Virus record (IMG/VR): IMGVR_UViG_3300037722_000182
Location: 1-45,510 of that record
Strand: one strand, 5' to 3'
Source of the DNA: a virus
Taxonomy: Duplodnaviria; Caudoviricetes
DNA: 45,510 nucleotides
The notes below the pieces were generated by a model, which had not been told where the DNA came from, searched no databases, and saw only the letters and a list, made by a program, of their open reading frames with translations. Both the position numbers and the translations under genes were made by a program. Positions 9,518 to 19,992 of the stretch are shown piece by piece. Within the stretch, counting starts at the first letter, position 1, and each line of letters starts with the position of its first letter.

Positions 9518-11570
9518 CGTTATCGTCCATCATAGTAGGTAGGTATTTAGGGTCGCCTGTAAGGTCATACATAAACTGACTTTCTTTTATATCGCCGGAA
9601 AGAGCTTCTCGTCCAGGAGTAACAAAGTCCTTTACTTTCTGAAACATACTTCGCTCCATTACCGGAGCAATTATCGAACCGTTGTTTATCCCATTCTTAA
9701 CGTAATCTTTCCACCACGTAGACGCATCGAACTCTTGCTTATTATCGTAAGCCATTCTAGCCGCTTTGTCCATTTCCAATTTAGCTTGTTGTATGCCCTG
9801 ATTTGACTTCTGACTCCACTCAGCTAATTGCTCGTTGTACTCTAACATATCTTTGGCTTTTTTAGGCTTATCAGGTTTAGTCCCGGCAAACTGATAAGAC
9901 GACGCTTTTATTCGTCCCATAGCACCCGCATACGCAGCCGTGTTTTGCCAAGGGTTATTTTTGCTGCTTGACGAAGCCTTCTCTCGGTTCAACTTATTAA
10001 GCTTCGCATACTCGCCTGGAGGTATTAAACCCTCTATAGATAGTTCTTGTAACTTATCCATCTCACTATCAGATAGCTTACCGTCTACCAACTTACCGTG
10101 TGCGGCTATAAGATACGCACTTGCCTTATCTTTGGTGTACCCACTAAGTACCCCTTTGAATGCGTTCTTATAAGTTTTGTTCTGCCTATACCATTTAGCC
10201 TGATTAGAAGGAAGCATACCTGCTGGCGGAGTTTCATCTATAGGTTGCATTTCCCCTGTACTCATGCTCTTAGCTAAATCTGCATCCCTTTGCGCTATCT
10301 TCAAGCTATCCAAGTAATTCATATCTGACTGCATCTTGCGCGGTAACTCTTCTGATACAAACTTTCCTAGCTCCATCTTCTCCAAAACACTGAGACTATC
10401 CCCTGAAGAAATTAAACGGTTGTAGGCTTCTATCCCCACTATTCTTTTATCGGATAAGGTAGTACCCCCGTTGTTGTTTACCACAAACTCGAACGCCTCT
10501 TTCAAAGACGATACTATCTTTTTATCCCCACTTGCTGTATCAGCTAAAACTTGACGCATCCCCTTTATGCCGTTGTGGACAAACTCATAGTTACCATCTG
10601 ATAACCCTAGAGCCATACCCTCCGGTGCTGTTCGCAGAACCTCGTTTTTAAATCGTGTCTGTTTCTCTTTAAGTGCTGCTTGAGCTTGAGCTTGAGCTTG
10701 ACCCTGCTTACTCTTCATCCAGTTCTGTAAGCTGTTCTCTGTTGATTCTGAAAGGGTGCCCCGTATATCTTGAAAAGTTCCGGTAGTTGCCGCGTAAGCA
10801 GTTAACGCAGGAGTAACATCTTGAACGTTGTTACTCGCTTTCTCGAACGCATCGTTATACGTCATGTACATTGACTGAGTAGCAAGGAACTCTTCAGCCG
10901 CCGCTTGTTCTTCTAAGTTACTGTACTTAGCTAAATGTGCTGATACCGTACCGTTCTTAAATGACTGTACGCCGTTTAACTCTATATCTTTGAGTATGTC
11001 TTCTTTTTCTTGAAAGCGTACATTCTCTTCATGCAGCTTAAACTGCTTGTAGTTGTGTGATACCCCCCTTTCCAAAGCGGCATCTTTCTCTCTTTGAATA
11101 GCAAACATCATTTTAGTCTTGACGGATTCAGACTTCCCATCTAGTACTGACTTAGATATTTGATCTATAGTTTCCCGGTAAGTATCGAACCCGTCTACCG
11201 CAGCTTTTCTTTCTAACCCCCCGTACCCAACCTCCATTTTTCCATCAGGAGTAGCCGTACCAAAGAAGGCTTCTCTTGTTTTACTCCTATAGGCTAATAC
11301 TCCTTCATCAGCTTCTAACTGATCTTTCTTTTCTTGGTAGCGAAAAGCGGCGTCAACTAACCTGTTAGTTGCAGATTCTATCGCTTCCCCAAAACTATCA
11401 CGCATTATAGGTTCGGCAATTGGAGTAGCGGTATTTTGTACCCTACCAGCATTTAAGTTAACTTGTCCAGGGCGTATGTCAACGTTGGTACGAATTTGAG
11501 TAGGAGATAACTTAGGAGATGATCCCCCTAACAACGTTCCTGAAGCGAGCTTTACACGATTATTAGCCAT
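9507..11570 (-). CDS. Internal virion protein (gp15-like position)
   Basis: 687 aa, helical composition, synteny. Confidence 0.6.
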   Translation of the reverse strand: MANNRVKLASGTLLGGSSPKLSPTQIRTNVDIRPGQVNLNAGRVQNTATPIAEPIMRDSFGEAIESATNRLVDAAFRYQEKKDQLEADEGVLAYRSKTREAFFGTATPDGKMEVGYGGLERKAAVDGFDTYRETIDQISKSVLDGKSESVKTKMMFAIQREKDAALERGVSHNYKQFKLHEENVRFQEKEDILKDIELNGVQSFKNGTVSAHLAKYSNLEEQAAAEEFLATQSMYMTYNDAFEKASNNVQDVTPALTAYAATTGTFQDIRGTLSESTENSLQNWMKSKQGQAQAQAQAALKEKQTRFKNEVLRTAPEGMALGLSDGNYEFVHNGIKGMRQVLADTASGDKKIVSSLKEAFEFVVNNNGGTTLSDKRIVGIEAYNRLISSGDSLSVLEKMELGKFVSEELPRKMQSDMNYLDSLKIAQRDADLAKSMSTGEMQPIDETPPAGMLPSNQAKWYRQNKTYKNAFKGVLSGYTKDKASAYLIAAHGKLVDGKLSDSEMDKLQELSIEGLIPPGEYAKLNKLNREKASSSSKNNPWQNTAAYAGAMGRIKASSYQFAGTKPDKPKKAKDMLEYNEQLAEWSQKSNQGIQQAKLEMDKAARMAYDNKQEFDASTWWKDYVKNGINNGSIIAPVMERSMFQKVKDFVTPGREALSGDIKESQFMYDLTGDPKYLPTMMDDNDDN

Positions 11571-11582
11571 TATATAAACCTA

Positions 11583-12404
11583 TTATTTTGTTGCTGCGTA
11601 GGTGGACGCACCTGAAGCCGCTGCATTTACCAAACCCGCTTTAAAGTTAGAGTCTATAACTGCTTGGTTACGAGCCGTTGAAGCATTGCCTCCGCCTATT
11701 GTGCTGTTTCTACGAAGGTCGGCAGAGAGTAAATCGGCTATAGAGGTTATGTCACTCTCTACCTGCATGGCTCCTATCTGTATATCGGTACTTAAAGTAT
11801 TCGTGGCGTTACGTATACGGCCTTCATAGGTTATCTTCTTTATCTCTTGGTCTGCCTGAAAGTTTGATATGGCTTTAGCGTTCAATATGTCGCCAGCCTT
11901 CTTGTCTGCTCCATACTTTATTATGAACTTGTCAAGTGCCTCTTGGGTCATTTGGTCTATGACTGCATCCGCATTTGAGCCTACACCTAAAGTAGTTCCT
12001 GAAGCTGACTGGTTAGCTATTAACGTACCTCTTTCTCTTGCTCTCTCCATACCTATTAAAGAGGTATTCAGATTCGCTTCATCCCACACCTTTACAATAT
12101 CCTCTTCGTAAAGTATATCATTCAACGAATTGGTGGCGGATATTAGAGATATGTTAGCCTGATCTATGGCGTCATTGGTACGATTAGTGAGAACAGAAGT
12201 GGACTTGATAACCGATTGATTTAGTGAAGTTATCATCTTCTGCGCTTCTATGTTACTAGAATCAACACGATACTGTACCTCCGCATTGTACTTATTCCAG
12301 GAGTTAGCATTTTTATTTGTAGCCGCCCCTGTTTTTGCCGAAGATGAGGCACTGTACGCTGATGCGGCTAACGCTACGGCTGCGAAGATTAGAGGAAAAG
12401 GCAT
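11583..12404 (-). CDS. Internal virion protein (gp14-like position)
   Basis: Hydrophobic Ala/Ser-rich N-terminus; QSASGTTLGVGSNADAVID motif; follows tail tube B. Confidence 0.65.
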   Translation of the reverse strand: MPFPLIFAAVALAASAYSASSSAKTGAATNKNANSWNKYNAEVQYRVDSSNIEAQKMITSLNQSVIKSTSVLTNRTNDAIDQANISLISATNSLNDILYEEDIVKVWDEANLNTSLIGMERARERGTLIANQSASGTTLGVGSNADAVIDQMTQEALDKFIIKYGADKKAGDILNAKAISNFQADQEIKKITYEGRIRNATNTLSTDIQIGAMQVESDITSIADLLSADLRRNSTIGGGNASTARNQAVIDSNFKAGLVNAAASGASTYAATK

Positions 12405-12435
12405 AATATTACCCCTATATTGCGTGTATTGTCTA

Positions 12436-14271
12436 TCATAATACTACCTCTACATTATCAACTACACTTATAACCGTTAGTGGCAAAGGCTGTCTTTGTC
12501 TGATAAAGTACTCTATATTTCTGACCATGCCCTCGAATCCATCTACCTCATAAATTCCTGTGAACAAAGGTACGGCTTGACCCGTACTGTGATAAGGTTT
12601 TCTAAAAGGTTTTTCCTCTACCTCTTCCTCACCTTGCTCATTTACTATGCCTATCTCAAATCCTAATGATCGGTATAACTCCAAATGCGCTTCTATTATT
12701 TTATGCTTAGAAAGGGCCGATGAACCTTCTTTCGTAGGAACAGGGTCAAGTAGTGGTCTTACTTCAGAGTAATAATAAAGGCCAACTAACACGTTAGTTG
12801 CCGATTTATTCAGGGTTATCTCTCCGTCTACCACTATTTTAGGTGGGTGTATGTAACCGTTCGTAAGTATGTAGACCTCTTCACCTTCTAAATGGTCCAA
12901 CCCATCTATCGTTGACGTAGCAGCCCCCTCATAGAACATGAATGAGTCTAAGAATCTTCCGTCCTTTGTATCTGAACCCTTGAACTCTTGCGCTTTCTTT
13001 TCAATGTAGTACTTATCCACACCACCGATAACTCTTTTCACTACCATCCAAAGATCGTCTTCACGATTAACTCCCGGAATAGAGCATACATCTATGAACT
13101 CTCCCTCTGTATCGTGCCTGTGCCAGGCTACAACATTGTGTTGCCTTTGGTACGTCATACCCAACAAAGCCCCATCGGAACGAACCGCCCACACAACCGA
13201 GTTAGGAGTTTGTTGGTAGGTCCAGCGAGTTATCGAAAACTCCTCCGTAAGATGTGGGGAGAGTATCGTTACGTCAGAAGCTTTATAACTGTCATAGTTG
13301 TAGTCATAAATAAACTCGTTGACCACCCTTCCATGTTTCTCTACGAATAGTGTGGTTAGACCAATTCTTAATGGCTTTATCTTTTCACTTCCTTGATTCG
13401 TGGAGTTTTGGGTAAGTACCCCACCCGTAGGCGTTAAGGCCGCTTGCCCGTTTCCCGCTACTACCCACTCATTACCTATAGTTCCTATGTGCAATCCTTT
13501 AACGGTCTGCATCCAGACTATGCGATTCTGAGTACCTGAGTCGAGGGTAAAAGTAATAGCATCTGCATCGACTAAAGTAGCTCCCAATTGTCCGAAGTGA
13601 GAAAAATCCCCGGCTCTTGATAACCAAACAGTTTGTCGATCTTTTAGTGACCCCCCGAAGCCTAATCGCTGCTGAATGAAGGCTACTGTTTCAGGCCAAC
13701 CAAACGTATCGCTCCAATCAGTAGGCTGATCGGTAAAAGTTAACTCTTCTACCGTCCAACAATACAAGGCATTGCGTATAATAACGTGAGGCTTTAATGC
13801 TCCTTGAGCACAATACAGATAATCTCCTGATTGCGCGTAATCAAAATTCTCTATGTCCCATCCGGTAGGCATGTCAAGGTATACAACATCACCCGGAGTA
13901 TAACTGACAGGTGTCCCAGTAGGACACTCTTCTGGAGCAGGATCAGGGTAAGCTAATAGCCCATCATTAACCGCAAAAACTACCCTTACAACTCCTGACG
14001 TATGGCGAAAGAACAATAGTGCATAAGCTTGAGATTCGTTAAATATAAACTCTACCATCCTTACTTGAGGATTCGCAGGGTCTATACCAAAATCGGACAA
14101 AGACGCAATGAACTCTGATCCCGCTCTCCGAGATACTGGTCCTTGCGTAGCTACGATCATGTTCTTTATAACTTTACTACCGTTTTTATAACGCTCAAAA
14201 TCTCTCCTTCCATACATAAGAGGAGAGACTTCACCGGCTGTAAAGTTATTTTTTTCTCGCCTATAACCCAT
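12436..14271 (-). CDS. Tail tubular protein B (nozzle)
   Basis: Likely start 14271, MGYRREKNNFTAGEVSP; FIQQRLGFGG, VVAWHRH and QRQPLPLTV motifs. Confidence 0.85.
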   Translation of the reverse strand: MGYRREKNNFTAGEVSPLMYGRRDFERYKNGSKVIKNMIVATQGPVSRRAGSEFIASLSDFGIDPANPQVRMVEFIFNESQAYALLFFRHTSGVVRVVFAVNDGLLAYPDPAPEECPTGTPVSYTPGDVVYLDMPTGWDIENFDYAQSGDYLYCAQGALKPHVIIRNALYCWTVEELTFTDQPTDWSDTFGWPETVAFIQQRLGFGGSLKDRQTVWLSRAGDFSHFGQLGATLVDADAITFTLDSGTQNRIVWMQTVKGLHIGTIGNEWVVAGNGQAALTPTGGVLTQNSTNQGSEKIKPLRIGLTTLFVEKHGRVVNEFIYDYNYDSYKASDVTILSPHLTEEFSITRWTYQQTPNSVVWAVRSDGALLGMTYQRQHNVVAWHRHDTEGEFIDVCSIPGVNREDDLWMVVKRVIGGVDKYYIEKKAQEFKGSDTKDGRFLDSFMFYEGAATSTIDGLDHLEGEEVYILTNGYIHPPKIVVDGEITLNKSATNVLVGLYYYSEVRPLLDPVPTKEGSSALSKHKIIEAHLELYRSLGFEIGIVNEQGEEEVEEKPFRKPYHSTGQAVPLFTGIYEVDGFEGMVRNIEYFIRQRQPLPLTVISVVDNVEVVL

Positions 14272-14272
14272 T

Positions 14273-14860
14273 TTACCAACTCGAATTAAAAGTATCTGTA
14301 TCAGGGTCGTTATCAAACTCCCTGTGATCGGTTCCAATACTGGCTTCTATAACTGCATTGTAGTTAAAGTCCATTTCAAAAGCTTCATACAAGGAGCGTA
14401 CTTCTCTAGCTGAAGCACCATTTAACGGACCCGCAAGCTGCGCTACCATTAACTTTGCTACGGCATTTTTGAAAGTTATTGAAAACTTCGCAGCATTTCT
14501 TTCTTTCCGAGTGTACTTCAAATACAATTTTTCTTGTTGTACTGTGGCTATGTATCCGCCTACCTGTTCCCAAGGAATACTTCTTCCAAAAGGCGTAATA
14601 TCCAAGGGTATAGCACAATCTGAAGGGATTACATAAGCGACCCTACCATCTCCAAAATCCTGAGAAGGGTCTATATCAATTGGCTTTATGTCCCTGGCAA
14701 AAGGCCAATCCATTTTAGAGAGTACCAACTCCACGGCGGCTTCATATGTAAACTTATAGAGCCTTACCCGCTGGTTAGCTGAGTCCTCTAACGTACTTAT
14801 GGCTTTATGCCCTAATAAGCTGAGAGAGTAATTACATATGGAAACCGCCGAAGTCAACAT
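14273..14860 (-). CDS. Tail tubular protein A (adaptor)
   Basis: SAVSICNYSLSLLG...DWPFA...Y.IPSDC motif; synteny. Confidence 0.8.
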   Translation of the reverse strand: MLTSAVSICNYSLSLLGHKAISTLEDSANQRVRLYKFTYEAAVELVLSKMDWPFARDIKPIDIDPSQDFGDGRVAYVIPSDCAIPLDITPFGRSIPWEQVGGYIATVQQEKLYLKYTRKERNAAKFSITFKNAVAKLMVAQLAGPLNGASAREVRSLYEAFEMDFNYNAVIEASIGTDHREFDNDPDTDTFNSSW

Positions 14861-14863
14861 TGC

Positions 14864-15343
14864 TTAACTCCCAATTATGTCGTCAAGATCATCGAAAGCT
14901 TTTGAAATCTCAACAGACGATTCTTTCTCGGGTGCTTCCTTCATTCGGGCAAACTCTGTACTAAGTTCAACTACCGTATGCTTCACTTTCCCGGTATTAT
15001 CAATACGTGTCACCATATTGTTACGTACTTCCAAATACCGAGCAACCAAAGTTGACCAGCCGATATTCTTGGAGAAGGTTATCTGCGGGTACTTGATACT
15101 GAGGAACTTTTTAAGGTCATCCAGTTTTCCTTCCATCTCCATAAGTTCACCTTCACTTATGGCATCAAAATCTAAAACGTCAAGACTCTTTTTAACCGCC
15201 CTTGGATTCTCCCCAAGAACGTGGAAATACTTGGGACACTCAGGAAACTCCGCATCGTCAAGCGTTAACTTCTCATTTCGAGAAACCGTATACACCTTGC
15301 CTCTTACACGTATCTGGCAAGTCTGGTCGCAAATCACTCTCAT
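14864..15343 (-). CDS. Hypothetical protein
   Basis: 159-aa ORF in the operon orientation. Confidence 0.7.
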   Translation of the reverse strand: MRVICDQTCQIRVRGKVYTVSRNEKLTLDDAEFPECPKYFHVLGENPRAVKKSLDVLDFDAISEGELMEMEGKLDDLKKFLSIKYPQITFSKNIGWSTLVARYLEVRNNMVTRIDNTGKVKHTVVELSTEFARMKEAPEKESSVEISKAFDDLDDIIGS

Positions 15344-15364
15344 ATTTTCACCTATAATAGTTAT

Positions 15365-15407
15365 AAAAAAAAAGCCCTACCCAACCAATAAGGCGAGTAG
15401 GGCTTTT
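15365..15407 (-). terminator. Rho-independent terminator after the capsid/cement genes
   Basis: AAAAGCCCTAC...GTAGGGCTTTT stem with a T9 run on the minus strand. Confidence 0.8.
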
Positions 15408-15432
15408 GTTTGTACATATGACAACACTAAGT

Positions 15433-15780
15433 TTACATATTAGTCTGAACAGGGAGTGAAATTACCCCACACGACCATGTACCGGCTGTAGTCGTTCCTA
15501 CCAAGTCTACCTGTACGTAGCGTGCCGTATCCGTAGGTAAGAATACCTGACGAGTTTTGCCCACTAGATCAGTAGTAACCGTCATAAGCGCATCAGCAGC
15601 AGCTACGGTAGCCCCATCAGTTACCACAAAGCCTGTACAACCTGCCAAGTCTGCACTGCCCTGAATAAAAATACCGATAGTTTCACCTATGGCCGCACCT
15701 GCTGTTCCCAGGTCTATAACCGTTGGCGTACCATCGTGAGCCAGATCATCGGCTATCATCAATGAATTATCAAGAAACAT
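15433..15780 (-). CDS. Capsid cement/decoration protein (BPP-1 Bbp16-like)
   Basis: 115 aa immediately after the capsid gene; MFLDNSL..., RYVQV..GTTTAG. Confidence 0.7.
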   Translation of the reverse strand: MFLDNSLMIADDLAHDGTPTVIDLGTAGAAIGETIGIFIQGSADLAGCTGFVVTDGATVAAADALMTVTTDLVGKTRQVFLPTDTARYVQVDLVGTTTAGTWSCGVISLPVQTNM

Positions 15781-15814
15781 ATTTGTGTCTCCTATCTAAC
15801 TAACACGTTAGTTG

Positions 15815-16849
15815 TTATGCCGAAGCGATTACCTGTGCTTCAGTCTCAAGAAGGGCATTGCACTGACGTATCGGTACACGCCGAAAGGTAGTAAGCTCTT
15901 CACCAAAAACTTCTTTGGCTCCAAGCGCAGCGTTATTCTTGTCAGTAGCGGCCAAGTCCAACATGGCCGCAATTGCCGGAGGAGCATAAAACATCTTATT
16001 GCCAACCGCTCCCGGTGGGAGAGTATGCAGCGCCTTAATCATGGCAATGTACAGAGCTTTCTGAGTTGCTTCTACCGCGAGGTCGCTTACGTCGATGTTG
16101 CAAATACGTACAACACAACGCCAGTCTTTTACTACTAAGCCCATTTTCCACTGGTAATGAGATACGTAACCCTGGAACCAGCCACCGTCATTATCTGACA
16201 ACCGCTGTTCTCCTTGATCTTCCTGAAACAAACCCGCTCTTGATCCTTTCGGAAAAACTCCAAACACGGTAGAAGGCGACCAGATTACCAGCCATACGGA
16301 TGCAAGGTTCTCCGTTCCCGCAAGCGAAATAACGTTTGACAACTGTGAAGATTGGACTACCGCACCCGGTTTTACTGTGGCAATGTCGGTTACGGCGTAA
16401 CGCGGCCCGAGGCCAAGAAACCCTTCCGGGGTAAGATCGGTGTCACAATAGAAAATAGAACTCGCCATTTTGTTAGACATACCCTCAATATGAGGCTTGT
16501 CTTCGTCAAGGCGAAAAGCGGCAGTATTGCCATTAAGATCAGCAACTTCTTTATCTACCGCAGCATAGTCTTCTACGATACCGATAGTGTCCTCAACCTG
16601 AATCTTTTTCGAGGAGGTAGGCTTAACACCTTTGTAAGCCCTCCGAAAAACCGGCTCAGGGATGTCTGAACGAATTGTTGAACGGTGACCAGTGGGAAGA
16701 TTCCCCTGAACCATGGGAATGTCCATTATGATCGGATTACTCTGAGCGTAGAGTTCAGCTACGTCAGCTATAGACCCATCGGGGTCTAAACCCTTTGCAA
16801 CGTTTATAAGGTTCGGGTATTCCGCACCTGTAAGGGGAGCAAAAGCCAT
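15815..16849 (-). CDS. Major capsid protein (epsilon15 gp7-like)
   Basis: SNPIIMDIP..GNLPTGH, WKMGLVVKDWRCVVRICNID, FRRVPIRQCNALLETE. Confidence 0.92.
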   Translation of the reverse strand: MAFAPLTGAEYPNLINVAKGLDPDGSIADVAELYAQSNPIIMDIPMVQGNLPTGHRSTIRSDIPEPVFRRAYKGVKPTSSKKIQVEDTIGIVEDYAAVDKEVADLNGNTAAFRLDEDKPHIEGMSNKMASSIFYCDTDLTPEGFLGLGPRYAVTDIATVKPGAVVQSSQLSNVISLAGTENLASVWLVIWSPSTVFGVFPKGSRAGLFQEDQGEQRLSDNDGGWFQGYVSHYQWKMGLVVKDWRCVVRICNIDVSDLAVEATQKALYIAMIKALHTLPPGAVGNKMFYAPPAIAAMLDLAATDKNNAALGAKEVFGEELTTFRRVPIRQCNALLETEAQVIASA

Positions 16850-16869
16850 TTTTGTTTCTCCTCAGATTG

Positions 16870-17562
16870 TTATTCTTTAGTAGCTGAAGGGTACATCTTT
16901 TCAGCCGCCGTCATTTTTTTAGTTGCAGGTGTGTTGGTATCACCACCTACAAACGATCCTTCTTTAACCATTTCCCCTATTGTCTTAAAAATGTCCATAA
17001 GAAGAGGATGATTACCGTAGCCGGTTTCGACCAGCATACCCCGTAGTCCTGGGTGTTTTGTTTCGATGTAAGATACACCTGAATTGGCAAGCCCTAAATT
17101 TTCTTTTGCAGCTTCGCCCCACTCTACCAACTTTGCTTGACCTTGGTCCGAAAGGTCTTTCAAAGCTAGTTGTTCTCGACCTGCGTACCACTCATTAACC
17201 TTACCCATAACTCCGTCAAGCTGCTCTTGGGTAAGATTGTTCTCATGGGCAAATTGCCCTAGTTCAGGTGGTGTACCTTCAGGTAACTTGTACCCATCAG
17301 GAGCGGGAATCTCAGGAGCCAATTTAGCGCTTACCAATCGGTTCGCCAAATCTTCCACAGATTTTACGTCCTTCAGTCTTTCGTTACTTAACAGTTCTTC
17401 GGAGAGTCCAACTAACACGTTAGTTGCTTCTCCTCCACCTTTTTCCTCACCTTCAATTACAGGTGTGGTAGTCTCCGGTGTAGCTGTACCAGCAGTAGTG
17501 CCCTTATTACTTTCTCCTTCCCCTCCTTCACCATTAAGTAAAGTGTTATTCTCTTCGCTCAT
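16870..17562 (-). CDS. Capsid assembly scaffold protein
   Basis: Acidic N-terminus; GYGNHP..IG...EG motif; AAEKMYP C-terminus; upstream of the capsid gene. Confidence 0.75.
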   Translation of the reverse strand: MSEENNTLLNGEGGEGESNKGTTAGTATPETTTPVIEGEEKGGGEATNVLVGLSEELLSNERLKDVKSVEDLANRLVSAKLAPEIPAPDGYKLPEGTPPELGQFAHENNLTQEQLDGVMGKVNEWYAGREQLALKDLSDQGQAKLVEWGEAAKENLGLANSGVSYIETKHPGLRGMLVETGYGNHPLLMDIFKTIGEMVKEGSFVGGDTNTPATKKMTAAEKMYPSATKE

Positions 17563-17878
17563 TTTCGACCTCCATCGCCTTTTCTTTTAATAGTTTAGAG
17601 TAGTAATATAAATCACAATCTTCCAATACTGCCAGCATATCTGTAAACACCGATCTGCGCCCCTCAAGGTACACAGTCTCGTCTGAATTAGTTACGTAAT
17701 TATTACCGTTAAAGTTGGAAATGTCAAGTAATAAATTCATAACCTCGTAAAAACCTTTCGTATCCATGATTTCACGTATACGAGTTATCTTTAATAGGTA
17801 ACGTTTCTTATCGTCTTTTTCCTTTTCGGCGTTTTCTTCACCCGCTTCTTCAAAGTCTTTATATTCATCCATTCTCAT
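17546..17878 (-). CDS. Conserved small protein between portal and scaffold (Bbp19-like)
   Basis: YLEGRRSV motif; synteny. Confidence 0.6.
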   Translation of the reverse strand: MRMDEYKDFEEAGEENAEKEKDDKKRYLLKITRIREIMDTKGFYEVMNLLLDISNFNGNNYVTNSDETVYLEGRRSVFTDMLAVLEDCDLYYYSKLLKEKAMEVENERRE

Positions 17879-19608
17879 ATTATGCCACCTAACTCCTGCT
17901 GGGAGAGAAGAGATTCAGTCATTATCTGTCCTGTCTCTGCTCTGGTCTTATCAGCGTTTGCCAAAGCGGGAGAAGTTTTAGAAAGAATCTCGGCCATCGC
18001 CATATCTTTTGCTTCTTTTTCTTTTGCTTGCTGTTGTTTTTGCCGTATAGCTCTTATTTTACCGACCTCTTCAGGGGTATTTATTATCCGTTTAGACGTT
18101 CCATGGGCATCTACAAATTCATCAACAGCTTCGTCAACTTTTATCTTATCCAAAACTTCAGGTACTATCGCCGCTGCTTGTCCTACAAAGGCCAATGTCT
18201 GTTCGATAGATTTTGCTGCTACCAGTTTTTGTACCTGTGCCAATGGTGAAATCATAGTAGGTTTTATAGCTCCCATCATTTCCAAATACTCATCGGGAAT
18301 GTCTGGAAATCTACCTTTTCGCAAGTTTATGTTAAAGCAACGAATAATTTGAGGTATAAAAAACTCTGGTATAAACCTCTCTATAACCGCACCTAACCGT
18401 AAAAGCTTCTCTCCCTCTTTAACCTGAACCTCGGCGGCTTTCATTGGAGAAGCATTAGGGTCACGGGAAGCTGTTAAAAAAATGTCATTGAAAAACTTGA
18501 GCTTTATAGCCATTTCAATTTTTTCAATCTTCGTATCTATCCCTGCATAGTTGAAGTTACGTGCATACAAGGGACTAACCTTGTCAGCGGGGTTACGGTA
18601 GTAGTTTTTAGCACCTGGAAGGGAGCGTAATTTACCTCTCATATATGCGGGAGCGGAAAGCGGTGGGTCTATCTCCCTGTGAACCGCCATTCGATACCCC
18701 TTCTCCATTTCCTGTAGGCGTTTTATCTCCGCTAAAACCTCTGAACCCGGGCCAACTCCGTAAGAGTCAGAACCTATTATCTCCCATCTTCCTATCGGAA
18801 CTGGAAACTCATAAAAGCCAGATACCATGAGAGGACTTGGGTTAATATTGTTACTAGTTATCAACGCAGATAACGCAGCGTCACCAGACCCACCGGCACC
18901 AATCTCCCATATGATTCTTTTATAAGGTTTATCCTGATACTTTTGGGGGAAAACTCCTTCAAGTATAGCTACAAACTGCTTGTCCCTTATCGAAGAGTTG
19001 TTTTCCGCAAGCCTTTTTGTACTCTCCGATACCCTATCCTTCCCAAACTTTTCAATAAGGTTACTTGGAGACTTGAACATCACTCGGTAAAACTTATTAG
19101 GTTTACCAAGATAATCAGTCGCAAAAACGTACTCTCCGTTTGTCAGAGGTATGAATTGAAAAGGGGGGTCGTCTATATCTGAATCTATGAACAGCGCACA
19201 AGTGCCAAACCCGGCTAACTCTGTAACAGCGTTCGCATTAGCCGTATAAAAATTGCTTGACGAAAAATCTTCTACCAATACTTCTTTTGCTTCATACATC
19301 CAGTTCTTAAAAAAGGGAACGTTCTTCAGCGCTTTGTTCCCTATCCCTAATTCCAACCAAGGTCTATTCGATGGAAACAAACCTCCTTGTATGCCTGAAG
19401 TGAGTACCCTAAGTGCATCTCTCGCTATGGTATTGATAGCCTTTGGCGAAGTAAGCTTTCTCTTACGGGGCACTGAAAGGGTGCTGAATATGCCTCTTCC
19501 CGGTAATAGGTAATCACTAATTTCTACCCATTCGGCTTCCCACTCCGCTCTCTCTGCTTTGAGCGACAGGTATTCGGATAAAGCTTTATCCAAACTATGA
19601 TTTTCCAT
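17875..19608 (-). CDS. Portal (head-tail connector) protein
   Basis: W.EISDYLLP, LAGFGT, RW...SYGVGPG, AAEV...EKLLRLG motifs of T7/BPP-1 portals. Confidence 0.92.
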   Translation of the reverse strand: MENHSLDKALSEYLSLKAERAEWEAEWVEISDYLLPGRGIFSTLSVPRKRKLTSPKAINTIARDALRVLTSGIQGGLFPSNRPWLELGIGNKALKNVPFFKNWMYEAKEVLVEDFSSSNFYTANANAVTELAGFGTCALFIDSDIDDPPFQFIPLTNGEYVFATDYLGKPNKFYRVMFKSPSNLIEKFGKDRVSESTKRLAENNSSIRDKQFVAILEGVFPQKYQDKPYKRIIWEIGAGGSGDAALSALITSNNINPSPLMVSGFYEFPVPIGRWEIIGSDSYGVGPGSEVLAEIKRLQEMEKGYRMAVHREIDPPLSAPAYMRGKLRSLPGAKNYYRNPADKVSPLYARNFNYAGIDTKIEKIEMAIKLKFFNDIFLTASRDPNASPMKAAEVQVKEGEKLLRLGAVIERFIPEFFIPQIIRCFNINLRKGRFPDIPDEYLEMMGAIKPTMISPLAQVQKLVAAKSIEQTLAFVGQAAAIVPEVLDKIKVDEAVDEFVDAHGTSKRIINTPEEVGKIRAIRQKQQQAKEKEAKDMAMAEILSKTSPALANADKTRAETGQIMTESLLSQQELGGII

Positions 19609-19991
19609 TATTTACCTGTTAAGATAGAGTTGGCCGTTATTGGGTCTTGGTAGTCAAGAAGTGGAGAAGTTAGTATTGTGGCTGTTCTACTCTTCTTCTT
19701 AGCTTCATCTGCTTCGTACTGTGACTCCATCTTCTTTTTCAATTCGGCTGCTTGCTTTTCCCAATCCATATCAGCCGCATCTGTCCCAAGGATAGTAGGC
19801 AAGGAAGAGAGGTATTGATCGTTACTAGCTTGCAACGACTGCAACTGCTGCTTGAAGGAAGACTCGTTCGATTGCAAAGCTAAATCTGTCTGAGACTTGT
19901 AGCTATCCAACGCCATTTGAAACTGCTGCGTGGTGCTATCTGTGTTCGGTGTATAGTTAGGGGGTGCAACCATCCCGCCGCCTTTTCCCAT
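19608..19991 (-). CDS. Small virion-associated protein (MGKG N-terminus)
   Basis: Upstream of the portal; TILTSPLL...SILTGK tail. Confidence 0.55.
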   Translation of the reverse strand: MGKGGGMVAPPNYTPNTDSTTQQFQMALDSYKSQTDLALQSNESSFKQQLQSLQASNDQYLSSLPTILGTDAADMDWEKQAAELKKKMESQYEADEAKKKSRTATILTSPLLDYQDPITANSILTGK

Positions 19992-19992
19992 A

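Noticed and set aside
10680-10702. Short coding microsatellites (QAQAQA here; EPEPEPE near 34900)
   Set aside because: In-frame low-complexity linkers
14877-15443. Antisense ORFs in the track (e.g. 14877-15443, 17882-18352, 25628-26242, 34472-35056)
   Set aside because: Shadow frames opposite well-supported genes, with no recognisable motifs
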